Shown here: positions 51,597 through 62,148 of the stretch, piece after piece | Position numbering within the stretch: the first letter of the stretch is position 1 | How the letters are laid out: each line of letters opens with the position of its first letter | Position numbers and translations under genes: made by a program | Assembly: GCA_013265495.1 (NCBI GenBank) | Contig: MU058065.1 | Span: 9,217,819 to 9,281,818, forward strand | Reading direction: 5' to 3' | Length of the DNA: 64,000 bases | Source of the DNA: Vicugna vicugna | Lineage: Eukaryota | The notes under the pieces: generated by a model | The model's input: only the letters and a program-made list of their open reading frames with translations | What the model was told of the DNA's origin: nothing | Databases searched by the model: none

Positions 51597-51731
51597 TTTT
51601 TTAATAACATCACTTTATTTTTATTTTTGGTAATGGGGAGCTAATTAGGTTTATTTATTTTTTAACGCAGGTACTGGGGACCTTGTGTGTGCTAGGCGTG
51701 CACTCTACCACTTGAGCTATACCATCCCTCA
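51597..51731 (-). mobile_element. Vic-1-like SINE with deleted B box and 15-bp TSD
   Basis: ggggagctaattaggtttatttatt...ggtactggggacct...ctctaccacttgagctataccatccc. TSD tgctttcatagtttt at 51582-51596 and 51732-51746. Confidence 0.85.
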
Positions 51732-52389
51732 TGCTTTCATAGTTTTATTTAATCCTCTAAGCTAAAGTGTGTGGCTACATTTTTTATTTTGTACCCAAAG
51801 AAATCAAAGTTCAGCCTGGAGGGGAATGACTTTGCTTGAGGTCATGTAGGTGGTAAGTTGTGGGTCTGGGGCCCAGGAAATCCCATCCATCCTTGATGCC
51901 TCCTGCCTCCGTATCCACTGTTTAACACTGTCCCGGGCTGTGGTGGTACAGAGGGGGATGCTTGCATCCTCCTTGGGGAATCGGAGAATCCCTGAGAAGG
52001 ATGAGGCCCCTGAGCGACCCTGGCCGGTGAGGAAGGCACTGGTTATCTAGGGAATAGCTGAAAGGGACTTGAGGGTGAGGAAGACGTGCTGGACAGAAAG
52101 AAATCAGTGTACACTGTTCCCAGAAACAAGCTGAAGCAACCTGTTCCTTGAAAAAGTTCCCTGTGCAGATGTTTCTATGATGTCCTCTTTCCTTTTCTAT
52201 TATTTGTATGTTCATCGACAAGTGCTTCTAGAGCACACTTATGTGCAAGATGTGGATCTATTGATGTGACAGTTACAAATAAGGCTCGTGGTGACCCTCT
52301 TGTGGGGCCTCGGTAGTTCAGGCAGAGGATCAGATCACAGTTGATCGCAGGAGAGTGGGTAAGAGGGGGAAGAATGGGTTACAAGGGGT

Positions 52390-52605
52390 TTCTGGGTTCA
52401 GGCTTTGACTGTCCCGGGACAGTCCTGGGACAGGGATCTTGGACATGTCCTGTCACCTCTCAGTCTCATTGGGTCCTTTTTCTTTAAGGATGCTAATAGC
52501 ATTCACGTCACAGAGCTGTTGTGGGGATGAAATCTGATTACGAATATGAGAACACTTCATTCAGCTCCTGGCACTTTGAAAGCGCCCGGTAAACTGTCAG
52601 TATTA
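52390..52605 (+). mobile_element. MIR SINE
   Basis: ctgggttcagg...gatcttggacatgtcctgtcacctctcagtctca...tcacagagctgttgtggggatgaaat. Confidence 0.6.
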
Positions 52606-52814
52606 ATGGCTCCACACACTTTCTGAAGAAAAGCCCACGTCCTTGGTTGGAAGTCTGGCTGCGGTCTGGGCGGCTGCATTGACACCCTTCCTGCACCCCA
52701 GCCCTTCATCAGGCTCCTTCCTCCAGGCTGGTCTCTCTCACAGGCACTCTTGTGGCCCTGTGATCCGTCGGGAAGGCAGAGGCAGGGTGACCCAGGGTGT
52801 CCCAGGGTGTCCCC

Positions 52815-53025
52815 GGGTCAAGAGCTGGAGTCAGTTCTGGCTCCACTGCATCACACTGCTGGTGTGACCTTGGCAAAGTGAAGCCCTGTCTTCACTTTGA
52901 GCCGCAGCCTTATCATCTAAAGTGGGATTAGTAATGATTTATTCTTAGTGGTTCTGTTGTGAGACATAAAATTACTCTATTGAAGGCCTGGGGACCCCTC
53001 TGGTACCTGGTAAATGTTGCTATTT
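52815..53025 (+). mobile_element. MIR SINE
   Basis: cagttctggctccactgc...gctggtgtgaccttggcaaagt...tgagccgcagccttatcatctaaagtggg. Confidence 0.6.
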
Positions 53026-54171
53026 TAGCTCTGACTACTGTCCATTTCTGCCACTGCCCTGCTTCCAGCCCACTCTGCGGCTCCCTGTCACCTCTGTTCT
53101 GATTTGGAGCCTGCCCCCCCCCAGCACATCACTCCACTGTCTGTTCCTCCTGCTTTGCGTTTCAGCCACTGCTCCTACCCCCCACCCCGCCCCTAGGTTA
53201 TTTTAGCCTTTGTTTTTGCCTAAAAACCCTTTGTCTGGCTAATGAATTCTTTGGGACTGTTATTTCCACCTCTTAAATTGCTCCCACCGCTTCCCATACC
53301 CCCTTGAGGTGTGGTCTCTGGTTTGTTCTGCACTTTATCATCGCATTTAACTGCCTTCTGTTTGTATCTGTCGCCCCTACTTTTGGCTGAGAACTCGGGG
53401 GAAAAGGGATTGAGTCTTAATTATCTTTACATTCCTAGCACATATCTTTAGATTCCTAGTTCTTCACATAGGGTGGACTCAATAAGTACTTGTTAATAAA
53501 TGAATTAAATGAGGCGCTTTCCCTATTTTAAGTACAGCATCATATTGTCAAAAGTATTTTTCAGTTACCTAGAGGGAGCGAAATTTACCTGGTCAGTGAA
53601 TGTTGAGGAGGGGAAGGTCAACATAAGGGCTGCGGGGCCATGCTGGATAGGGGGACTGGACGGGAACCACGGCAGACCTGTTGCACCACTTTACAGTTCC
53701 CGTCATTAGTTGTGAAGGCAATAGCTCTGTATCTAGCCTGGTAAATAAAATATCAGCTATTTGGTATTTGATAGCATTTTTCTAATGTTTGAATTGTTTT
53801 TTCTCATTGTTTTGCAACTCCAGTGTCTTGTCCTGAAAATCTCAGCTTTATCCAGTTGTGGACATGTACTGTAAATGTTTTCCTTGGTTCTCTGAATTGC
53901 CTAGACTTAAAAAAAAAAAAAGCCATAAATACAAAACAAGTCCAGCACATTAGTACCATTTTAGTTAATAGAAAATGCATAGGAGAAGGTAACCCGAGCC
54001 ACAAAAATGGATGGCTTTGTTTACTCTAAGAATTTGAAGGAAATAAAATGTGGTATCTCTGCTTTCTATCTAAAGCATATCAATAGCCTTTTAAAGAGCC
54101 TGTTGTTGTATCTGATAAAAACATAATAAAGAGCTGAATTCTAAGGACTTTTTCCCCATTATTCCCTGCAG

Positions 54172-54266
54172 CTTTGCCCTGTCAGATGAAGCATACAGAT
54201 CCCTAAGAGATCAAGATAAAGACCAGTGTATTCTGATTACTGGGGAAAGTGGAGCAGGAAAAACAG
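54172..54266 (+). CDS. MYO1B: Myosin-Ib third coding exon (95 nt) containing the P-loop
   Basis: Acceptor tttttccccattattccctgcag. The first C completes Ile (AT|C), then [31 protein letters not shown] plus G. Donor GTAAGG at 54267, phase 1. Contains the myosin Walker A GESGAGKT. Confidence 0.97.
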
Positions 54267-55174
54267 GTAAGGCCACCGGACAACCTTACTGTCTCCTCTG
54301 GGAGGTGAATGAAGGGTGACAGCAGAGGGTGCAGGTGGGGCCTCATTAGTGCGCAGCTCACAGGGCTCCTGTGCAGGAAGGGTGGTGCCTGGGATGGTGG
54401 ACCAGCCCCTGGGAAGGACTCACCTCTCACATGAAGAAACAGGCACCTATCAGAGGGGTTCCAACCAATGTGGGAGTCAATTTCTAGATTCTAGGCTTTT
54501 CTGGTGCAGTTCCTGGTTACTTCAAGGTCTTTTACCTTTTTTCCAAGACACTGAAGTCTGGGTGGCCTCCCCACTTTCCTAAGGAATGCCAAATTATTTG
54601 GGTTTTGGGAGGCCACCACCACAGCCCAGCTCTGCTAAAAAGTGAGGGAGAACACCAGGAAAATGCTGAGTTTCACTCCAGAGAAGTCTTTAAGTCTAAA
54701 GAATTGAGATTTTTATATATATTTCAGACAGACTGGCAACTTCCCCATAAAACAAACCCTCAAATGGATGGATCATGCCTCCCCGCCCCGCCACTGGTGC
54801 TTTTAATAAAAGCAATTTGACTGATGGTCTTGAGTGAGAAAGTGACTTTACACGTGGTGCCCAGCTACCTGGAGAAGGTTCAGAAGAGCTGTGCTCTCTG
54901 AGTCCAGACGTGGACCGGTGAGAACTGCTGGTGTCAGTGGGTTTCTCTGATTAGAACTGATGAGTCCATGAAGGAGGAGGATGGTATTTTCATAACTTTC
55001 ATTTGTAACACGTTCTTGTTTTATAGATAGGACTCTGATCATTGCTAATTTCTGTTTGTAGCAATGTCTAATGGGTCTCTCCTTTTCCCTTTATGCCTGC
55101 CTACGATTCTTTCTCACAGACACCAGAATGATTTTTAAAACTAAAAACTGGATCATACTCTTGGCACATTTAAA

Positions 55175-56400
55175 TTTTTTTTTTTTGAGTTACCTTTCTT
55201 TGTGTGTGTAGTAAGAACTTTCAGGATCTACTGACTTAGCAACTTTTAAGTCTACAATACAGTGTTAACTGTAGTCAGCATGCTGTGCGTTAGATCCCCA
55301 GAACTTCATCTTATAACTGGAAGCTGGTATCTTTGGACCACCTTCAACTACCTCCATTTCCCCCTTCTCCTCCCCAAACCAACAATCTATGTTTTGTTTC
55401 TATGAGTCTATATTTTTTTTAATTCCATATGTAAGTGAGATCATACAGTATTTGTCTTTCTGACATTTCAGTTGGTATAGTGCCCTCAGGGTTCATCCAT
55501 GTTGTCACAAATGGCAGGATTTCCTTCTCTTTTTTTTGGCTGAACAATATTCAATTGTATATACACTCCACGTTTTCTTTATTTATTCATTCATGGGCAG
55601 ACACTTTGTTTCCATTTCTTGACTGCTGTGAATAATGCTGCAGTGAACATGGGCAGGCAGATATCTCTTCAACATGGTAATTTTGTTCACTTTGGATATA
55701 TATCTGGAAGTGATATTGCTGGATCATGTGGTAGTTCTATTTTTGATTTTTCTGAGGAACCTTCTTCATACTGTTTTCCATAGTGGCTGCACCAATTTAC
55801 ATTCCCACCAATAGTGTACAAGGGTTCCCTTTTCTCCACATCCACTCCAACACTTGTCTCTTGTGTTTTTTTGCTATTAGCCATTCTGACAACTGTGAGG
55901 TGATATCTCACTGTGGTTTTGATTTGCATTTCTCTGATGATTAAGAATGCTGAGCATCTTTTCATATGCCTGTTGACCATCTGTATGTCTTCTTTGGAAA
56001 AATGCCTGTTCAGGTCTTCTGCTCATTTTTTAATAGGGTTGTTTGTTTTTTGTTTGTTTGTTTTTGGTGTTGAGTTGTATGAGCTGTTTATATGTTTTGG
56101 ATATTAACCCCTTATCAGTTATATTACTTGCAGATAATATCTCCCATTCAGTAGGTTGCCTTTCCATTTTGTTAATTATTTCTTTTGCTGTGCAGAAGCT
56201 TTTTAGTCTGATGTAATTCTGCTTGTTTATTTTTGCTTTTATTGTTTGTGTTTTGGGTGTCGTAGTCGAAACATCATTGCCAGACCAAGGTCTAAGAGTT
56301 TTTCTCCATGTTTTCTGCTAGAAGTTTTATGGTTTCAGGTCTTACATTTAAGTCTTTAATCTATTTTGAGTTAATTCTTGTGAATAGTATAAGATAGGGT
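55175..56400 (-). mobile_element. L1 (L1MA-like) 3' portion, ~1.2 kb
   Basis: Poly-T at 55175. ORF 55687-55980(-) [30 protein letters not shown] resembles the L1 ORF2 C-terminus. 3' UTR motif ttagatccccagaactt...cttataactggaag. Confidence 0.9.
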
Positions 56401-56404
56401 TTAT

Positions 56405-56438
56405 TACACACACACATACACACACACACACACACACA
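56405..56438 (+). repeat. (CA)n microsatellite
   Basis: Directly visible. Confidence 0.95.
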
Positions 56439-56455
56439 AACTTTTTTGTATGTTT

Positions 56456-56565
56456 GGGGGGTAATTAGATTTATTTATTTATTTATTTAGTGGAGGTACT
56501 GGGGATTGAACCCAGGACCTCATGCATGCTAGGCATGCAGTCTGCCACTGAGCTGTACCCTCCCC
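56456..56565 (-). mobile_element. Vic-1-like SINE
   Basis: ggggggtaattagatttatttattt...ggaggtactggggattgaacccaggacctcatgcatgctaggcatgc...ccactgagctgtaccctcccc. Confidence 0.9.
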
Positions 56566-56569
56566 TCAT

Positions 56570-56690
56570 CCAGAGATCCTTCTTTATTCTTAATGTTTGC
56601 ATTTATAGCTATAAAATTTCCTCATGGAACTACTTTTGCTACATCTCATAAGTTTTGGTATATTGATTTTTCCATGTTTGTTTGCCTTGA
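56570..56690 (-). mobile_element. L1 ORF2 fragment (post-endonuclease region)
   Basis: gcatttatagctataaaatttcctc...actacttttgctacatctcataagttttggtat is the reverse of the 'NLWDAAKAVLRGKFIA' region. Confidence 0.75.
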
Positions 56691-57976
56691 GTTTTTTTAT
56701 ATAAAGTTTTTTAGCAATTTCCTTTTCACAAAAATAGAAACCAAACACAGTAGGCCTGTTGCACAAGTTTCTGCTTAATCTCGCCCTAGCTTCTTCTGCA
56801 CTTCCCTTCATGCTTTCCTCCCCTTCTAACGGTGGCTCATGTTACTTTTCATTAAAAGATTTGCTCTTTACTGTGTACAGTCAGTATCCTTATATAGAGT
56901 TTCCCACCTCCTTTTGAACTCTGGGTATGGGCTCTTACCTGAATTTGCTCAGAAATTTGTGAACTCTTTGGCTGCTCAGAACTCTTTCTTTCCAGTAAGA
57001 ACATTAAGAGGGCATTGGTGTCTTGGGGGAAAGTTTTTGCTCCTCTGTCACTGATCAGTTCTTTCTCGTGAAATAGAACTTAGTTCTTAGACTCAGTACA
57101 GCTTCTTGTTTGTTTCCAAGCTGATCAGTGAAAATGATAGCAAGCCAAGTTAAAAACTGTGTCCCTTGACAGTAATTGTTGGACTTGGTGGTGTATCTCG
57201 TGCCACCTACCCCCACCCCAGTCCTTTTGACTGTGTCTACAAGCCTGTTGACTTTGCACATCTTGTATTTAAGCATAAGGGAGGAAGAGATGAAAATACT
57301 CCTAACCCTGTTAATTTTCTTAGGTTTTTACTCATTATTCATCACGACAAAAGATATATATTTTTTGAGAGTCTGATTTGTTCCTAAGTGAGTCATCAGA
57401 AGTGGGTTGTGGTCACTGGTTTGATTGATGTTGGCCAGTTCTCCGTCTCCTCTGGAACATATGTTCCAAGCAGACAGCACAGCCACTAATTAGCCGTGTT
57501 AGTTTATGACCTTCTCCTTCTCAGAGATTATAAACCATGCTGCTTCCTCCTGGAGCAAAATTTCACCTCCTGGTGGGCTCATGTGCCTGCCTGACTGAAA
57601 AACTCGGTGGAAGTTGCTGTTACAGCTTCACAGGGTGGGTGTTCATTCTTTTCTGAGAAAAACAAAAACACCTTATTCTTCTGGTGGAAAGCTGGTGGCA
57701 TGGAATTCATTCTTCTTTTCTAGATTTTTCTCTTCTCTTGATATTTTTCTACTCAGTAACTTGTCCTGTTGATTTCAGTGCCCTACTTACCACTTGAAAT
57801 CCTATCATCTTCCCTGGATTTAGTCCTTCCTGGGAGCCCTTTGCCCTTGTGAGGAGTGGACAGCTGCTCCACAGGGTCATCGCCTTCTTCTCTGGTAGGC
57901 AGTTCTGTTTCCAGCGCACAGGGTCAGGGGCTGCTGCTGGCAGGAGGCTGGAGGAGGGTGCCCCAGACACCCTAGA

Positions 57977-58119
57977 GCAGCGCTTCTCAGCTTTCCACCG
58001 GGAAGCACCAGATTCCTTCTCCCCCAGTCTGTTGCTGACCAGTACCAGGAAAATAGCAGTTATGGGCCAACCAGCTTTCTAGTGGTGCTGGTCCTCAGAC
58101 CACACTTTGAGCAGCACTG
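57977..58119. mobile_element. MER5-like hAT-Charlie relic
   Basis: Termini cagcgcttctca... and ...tgctggtcctcagaccacactttgagcagcactg, with ctaga-containing flanks. Confidence 0.55.
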
Positions 58120-58267
58120 TCTAGAAGCCACTTGAAACGCTTGTCTTGTTTTCCAGCTCCAGTGCTTTCTGTATCTCGCGATATTTCAGTTGTCCATCAT
58201 CACTAAAACTCCTAGTGCTGGGAGGTGAACACTACTCTTGAGACCTGCTATTTTAACATCTTTTTAA

Positions 58268-58383
58268 GGGGTGGGTGGATAGGTAATTAGGTTTATTTAT
58301 TGAACTAATATAGGTACTGGGGATTGAACCCAGGACCTCATGCATGCTAGGCACATGCTCTACCACTGAGCTGTACCCTCCCC
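58268..58383 (-). mobile_element. Vic-1-like SINE
   Basis: aggtaattaggtttatttatt...ggtactggggattgaacccaggacctcatgcatgctaggcacatgctctaccactgagctgtaccctcccc. Confidence 0.9.
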
Positions 58384-61028
58384 TGCTGTTGTAAAATAAC
58401 CACTCAACTACACTCTTTGCCAGCTGCTGAGTCCTGCCTTTTCGTTTATAGATCCCAGCAGCATCTCCTGTCTCCTCGTCCCCATGAAGACATGTCGTGT
58501 TTCGCTTGTTGATTCCCATCTTTTTCTACTTTTCTTTCTTTTTGGAAGCAGTGGTACACAGATTGTTTCAAATTGTATGTGGTTTTAATTGTCACTAGAC
58601 TATAGTTTTGAGTAAAACGTGGACTTTGTGTGTTGTTTACTGTCTCTGTTTCATGGAGATTACTTTCGGGAAAATGAAATGATGGAAAATAATACAGAGA
58701 TTGCAGCACAGTGTGTGAGGAATTTCAAGAGGGGGTTTAATCTCAGTTCTGTGGGGAAGAGGAATGCCAGGCCATGTTTGAGATGTTACATTATCTTATT
58801 CACTAAAATTGTTTATGAGTACATGTAGTTATTAAAATTCTTGTGTTAGTGAATAAATGAAGAAGAAAACTAACATTTATTGAGGGCCTAGAATGTACTG
58901 TATACTTATAAACAGTATCTCTCTTCAGTGAGAGTCCTTACTTAACAGTGTGTGTAGAACCACCGTGTAGCATCAGAGGGCTCATTTTATAAGACGTAAT
59001 TAAGTTAACGAGGTTGTAAACCCTTCCTTGGCAGATGATGATGTTGTTGGTTTTAAACATTGGAGACGCTCTTGCACTGCAGGGCTGGATCACATGGGCA
59101 CTCAGAGAGAGGCGTGAACTCCTTGAGTCCTTTGGGGTCCTATTTAGTTCATTACTGCTGTGCTAAATAAAAATTTCATCATGCCTCATAAAAGTGCCCA
59201 ACTATTTCTAGGCAATGAGCTCACAACTTACTACCATGAATACAAATAGTTGGTGGAAAAACATTCAAGCACTGATGGGGGCGGAGGGGACAGAACGTGA
59301 GGGAACGGTCATAACCGCCTTTTTCCAAGGACATCAGAATAAACTGTGGGCCTGAGAAGCTGATCCTGATATAAGAAAGCATTATAAATGATTTGGTTTC
59401 TCATTTTACAGTTACATCAGTTTCTAGGAGCTCTTCGGCCATCTGCTAGAAGAGTTACGAAGCCTGCCTTGCTCGTTAAGACCTTTGGTTCTGAACCCCG
59501 CATGACCTTGTGCTGCTTTACATCTGTGATAGTTTTCTGCCTCTGTCAGCGACAGAGATGTCACTGACTTACTGTAGCCTAAACATCCATGAGCGTTTTT
59601 ACAGCGCTGAATATAGCCACGCTGAAGTTGAATAGCTAAGCAAGTTCAAGGCCAAAATGTAGTGAGCTTTGTTTTGTTTCTTCCTCAGATGAGAAAGGCC
59701 TCTCTTGACCCATATGCTTTATCTGAATCATCAGAGACTTTGCGACCAACTTTCAGAGGCCAAGCGGCTTATATATAGTTGTATTTCAATGAAAACATCA
59801 CCAGTCATGGCTCCTCTTGGAGCAGTGGCTGTGTTTCTCATGGCAAGACCCATGCTTTTTGTACCATGATGGGGGCAGTTCACAGCTGCCTGTCAGATCA
59901 GTTTGGATGTGCTGCAGCTGGGTTATTTTGCAGTGCTGCAGACTCGGGTTTGCTAGAAAAATGGTGTTCCTCTATGTTGCAGAGTCCTTGTTGCATTGTT
60001 CACAAGCATGGCTTCCTTGATTTAGGCAGTTTTACTCTCTAGGACCACCAGACCTGTGTAAACTCAGTCCCTAGAAAAACTTGGTATCTTAACTAAGGAG
60101 AAAGAGAGGTATAGGAGTAGGTAAATGTATCAATATTTGTGTGTGTGTGTAAATGTGTGTGTGTGTAAATGTATATGACATAGATGATGTATAATTTACA
60201 TGATCTATATGTGACTTATATGATCTATGAATGCACACATAGATACTTGTTAACTCTTGGATAAATTTATTAGCTCAGGAAAAAACTCAAAATAAACCTT
60301 GCTTGTGTTCATACCTTTGTGTCCTGACACAGTGATTGACTCCACATGGAGCCTGCTCGGTTACATGCATAGGTTTTGATATCTGCCCATGAGATTCCCA
60401 GCCTTTTGTCCTCATGGCTGCAAATGCCTTTCATTGCTTCCCCTTTCTCATTCAGCTTTTGCTCTTTCACAGTGCTTTCTTACATAGTTAATATTATCGT
60501 ATATGAACTTATATAATTATATTATTACATAATTATATAATAGATATTATTCACAACCGGGTGCTAGTTACCAGAGAATACAGAGTTAAATTAGTTATCA
60601 TTCTTACCTTAACGGGAATTTAAAATCCCCAGAATCATGAACTCTCATCTATAGCCCCTTTCCATTCTTTGTAGAAATGAATTCTGATATAGATACTTTG
60701 ATCTAGAAATATTTTCTTAAAGGCCATGTGTTCATTAGTGCAGAACATCTGTTAAACCCTAAGTCTTCTACTATTTCCTAGTGAGAAGATATTTTGAAGA
60801 CTTTATGTTTTGTTTGTCCAACTTGATGCATTTTAGGATTCACGTTACATTCAAACATATATATGTACATAAATTTACATATGTAAGTTATGAAAGTACA
60901 TTAAGTTACATATGTAAGTTCCTCTATGAGTTAGAGAAAATGATGAACTAAGAATCAGTTCTAAGCAATGCCGTTGTGTTTTGCCAGTTTTAAATGCCAG
61001 GGTTCTTATGTCGAGAATGGCAGTGCTT

Positions 61029-61087
61029 TTTTTTTTTTAAAACTTTTTTTTATTGAGTTACAGTCATCTTACAGTGTTGTATCAAAT
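61029..61087 (-). mobile_element. Ultra-short L1 3' stub (59 bp) with perfect 16-bp TSD
   Basis: T-rich tail plus tattgagttacagtcatcttacagtgttgtatcaaat, flanked by gagaatggcagtgctt at 61013-61028 and 61088-61103. Confidence 0.8.
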
Positions 61088-62108
61088 GAGAATGGCAGTG
61101 CTTCTGAGAATTTTGAGTACCCATGAAGAATATACCTTTTTGTCCTAAATAGAATCCTTTTAATTTTTAGAGCAGGCATTTTAAGACATTGCCACCGAGA
61201 GTATGATTATTAGATTAATATATTCAGTCACTCAGAAGTACTGCTTTGGAAAATGCTCATGGTTTTATGCTGTGCTTGCCAAGGTCATGTTTAGTTGGTC
61301 CCCATGATAGTCAACGTGATTCAAAAACTAGCCTTTGCACTATGGAGGATGAGAGTTTAATTCTTGATTCTCCTCAGAAATATGATAGTTTTCATTCATA
61401 GAGGTTATTATGTAAAGTTTTGATCTGGGTAAATTTCTGAACATTTGAATAAAGATCCAAATTATTTGGACTTTGGCACAGAAGAGCCAAAGAAATGAAG
61501 CAGAGGGCCTCATGAGATAACTATTATTTCCTGTTTCCAGCATGATGAAATATAATGAAAACAGTCCTCTAAACTATGTTGGACCTTGCAACTTGTCCTT
61601 GCTGGTTTACTTATTTTTCTCTAAAGTAATGACAGTCTCATGAACTACTTGACTTAGAGATCAAGTATTATGTCAGGAGAAAAAATTCTAAGAGTTGTCT
61701 CTTTTAGACAATGAGACTTTGTTTGGAGAAAATCACCCTTAATCCCAGCTTCCAAAAATAACCTTGTTAACAACGTAGAAATAAGGATCTTTGAAGTATG
61801 CTTAAAAATTATATTTGAATTACTTAAATAGATTTTAAAGTTAATTAAAATGGTTCCTAATTTCATCTTAAGTTAGCCTATCTTTATATTTCAGTAGGTA
61901 TAGTGAGTTTACATACAATTTAACAGCCATATGATGTAAGTCCAATCCAGATTCCAAGAGATCTGCCCCTGGTGCCATTTTTAAACAGATCTGACCCTGA
62001 GAGAATTTGATTCCATTTCGTTCAGGCCATTAAAAGGTCTCTGAGAGATCAAATCAATTCTAGCAGCCTCCAAAGGGTTCTCATTCTTGGTTGACCATCC
62101 CTGCCCCT

Positions 62109-62148
62109 ACACACACACACACACCACAACACACACACACACACACAC
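62109..62148 (+). repeat. Interrupted (CA)n microsatellite
   Basis: Directly visible. Confidence 0.9.

Larger units (their letters stand above)
22790..54171 (+). other. MYO1B: GT-AG intron of MYO1B (31,382 bp)
   Basis: Phase-2 donor and acceptor join [12 protein letters not shown] continuously. Confidence 0.9.

Noticed and set aside
55687..55980. ORF with clear protein similarity
   Set aside because: It is a decayed L1 ORF2 C-terminal fragment, interrupted on both sides and not a functional gene.
20030..57396. Scattered AP-1 (TGAGTCA/TGACTCA) motifs
   Set aside because: The number seen is about what chance predicts for a 7-mer in 64 kb, and they are not clustered.
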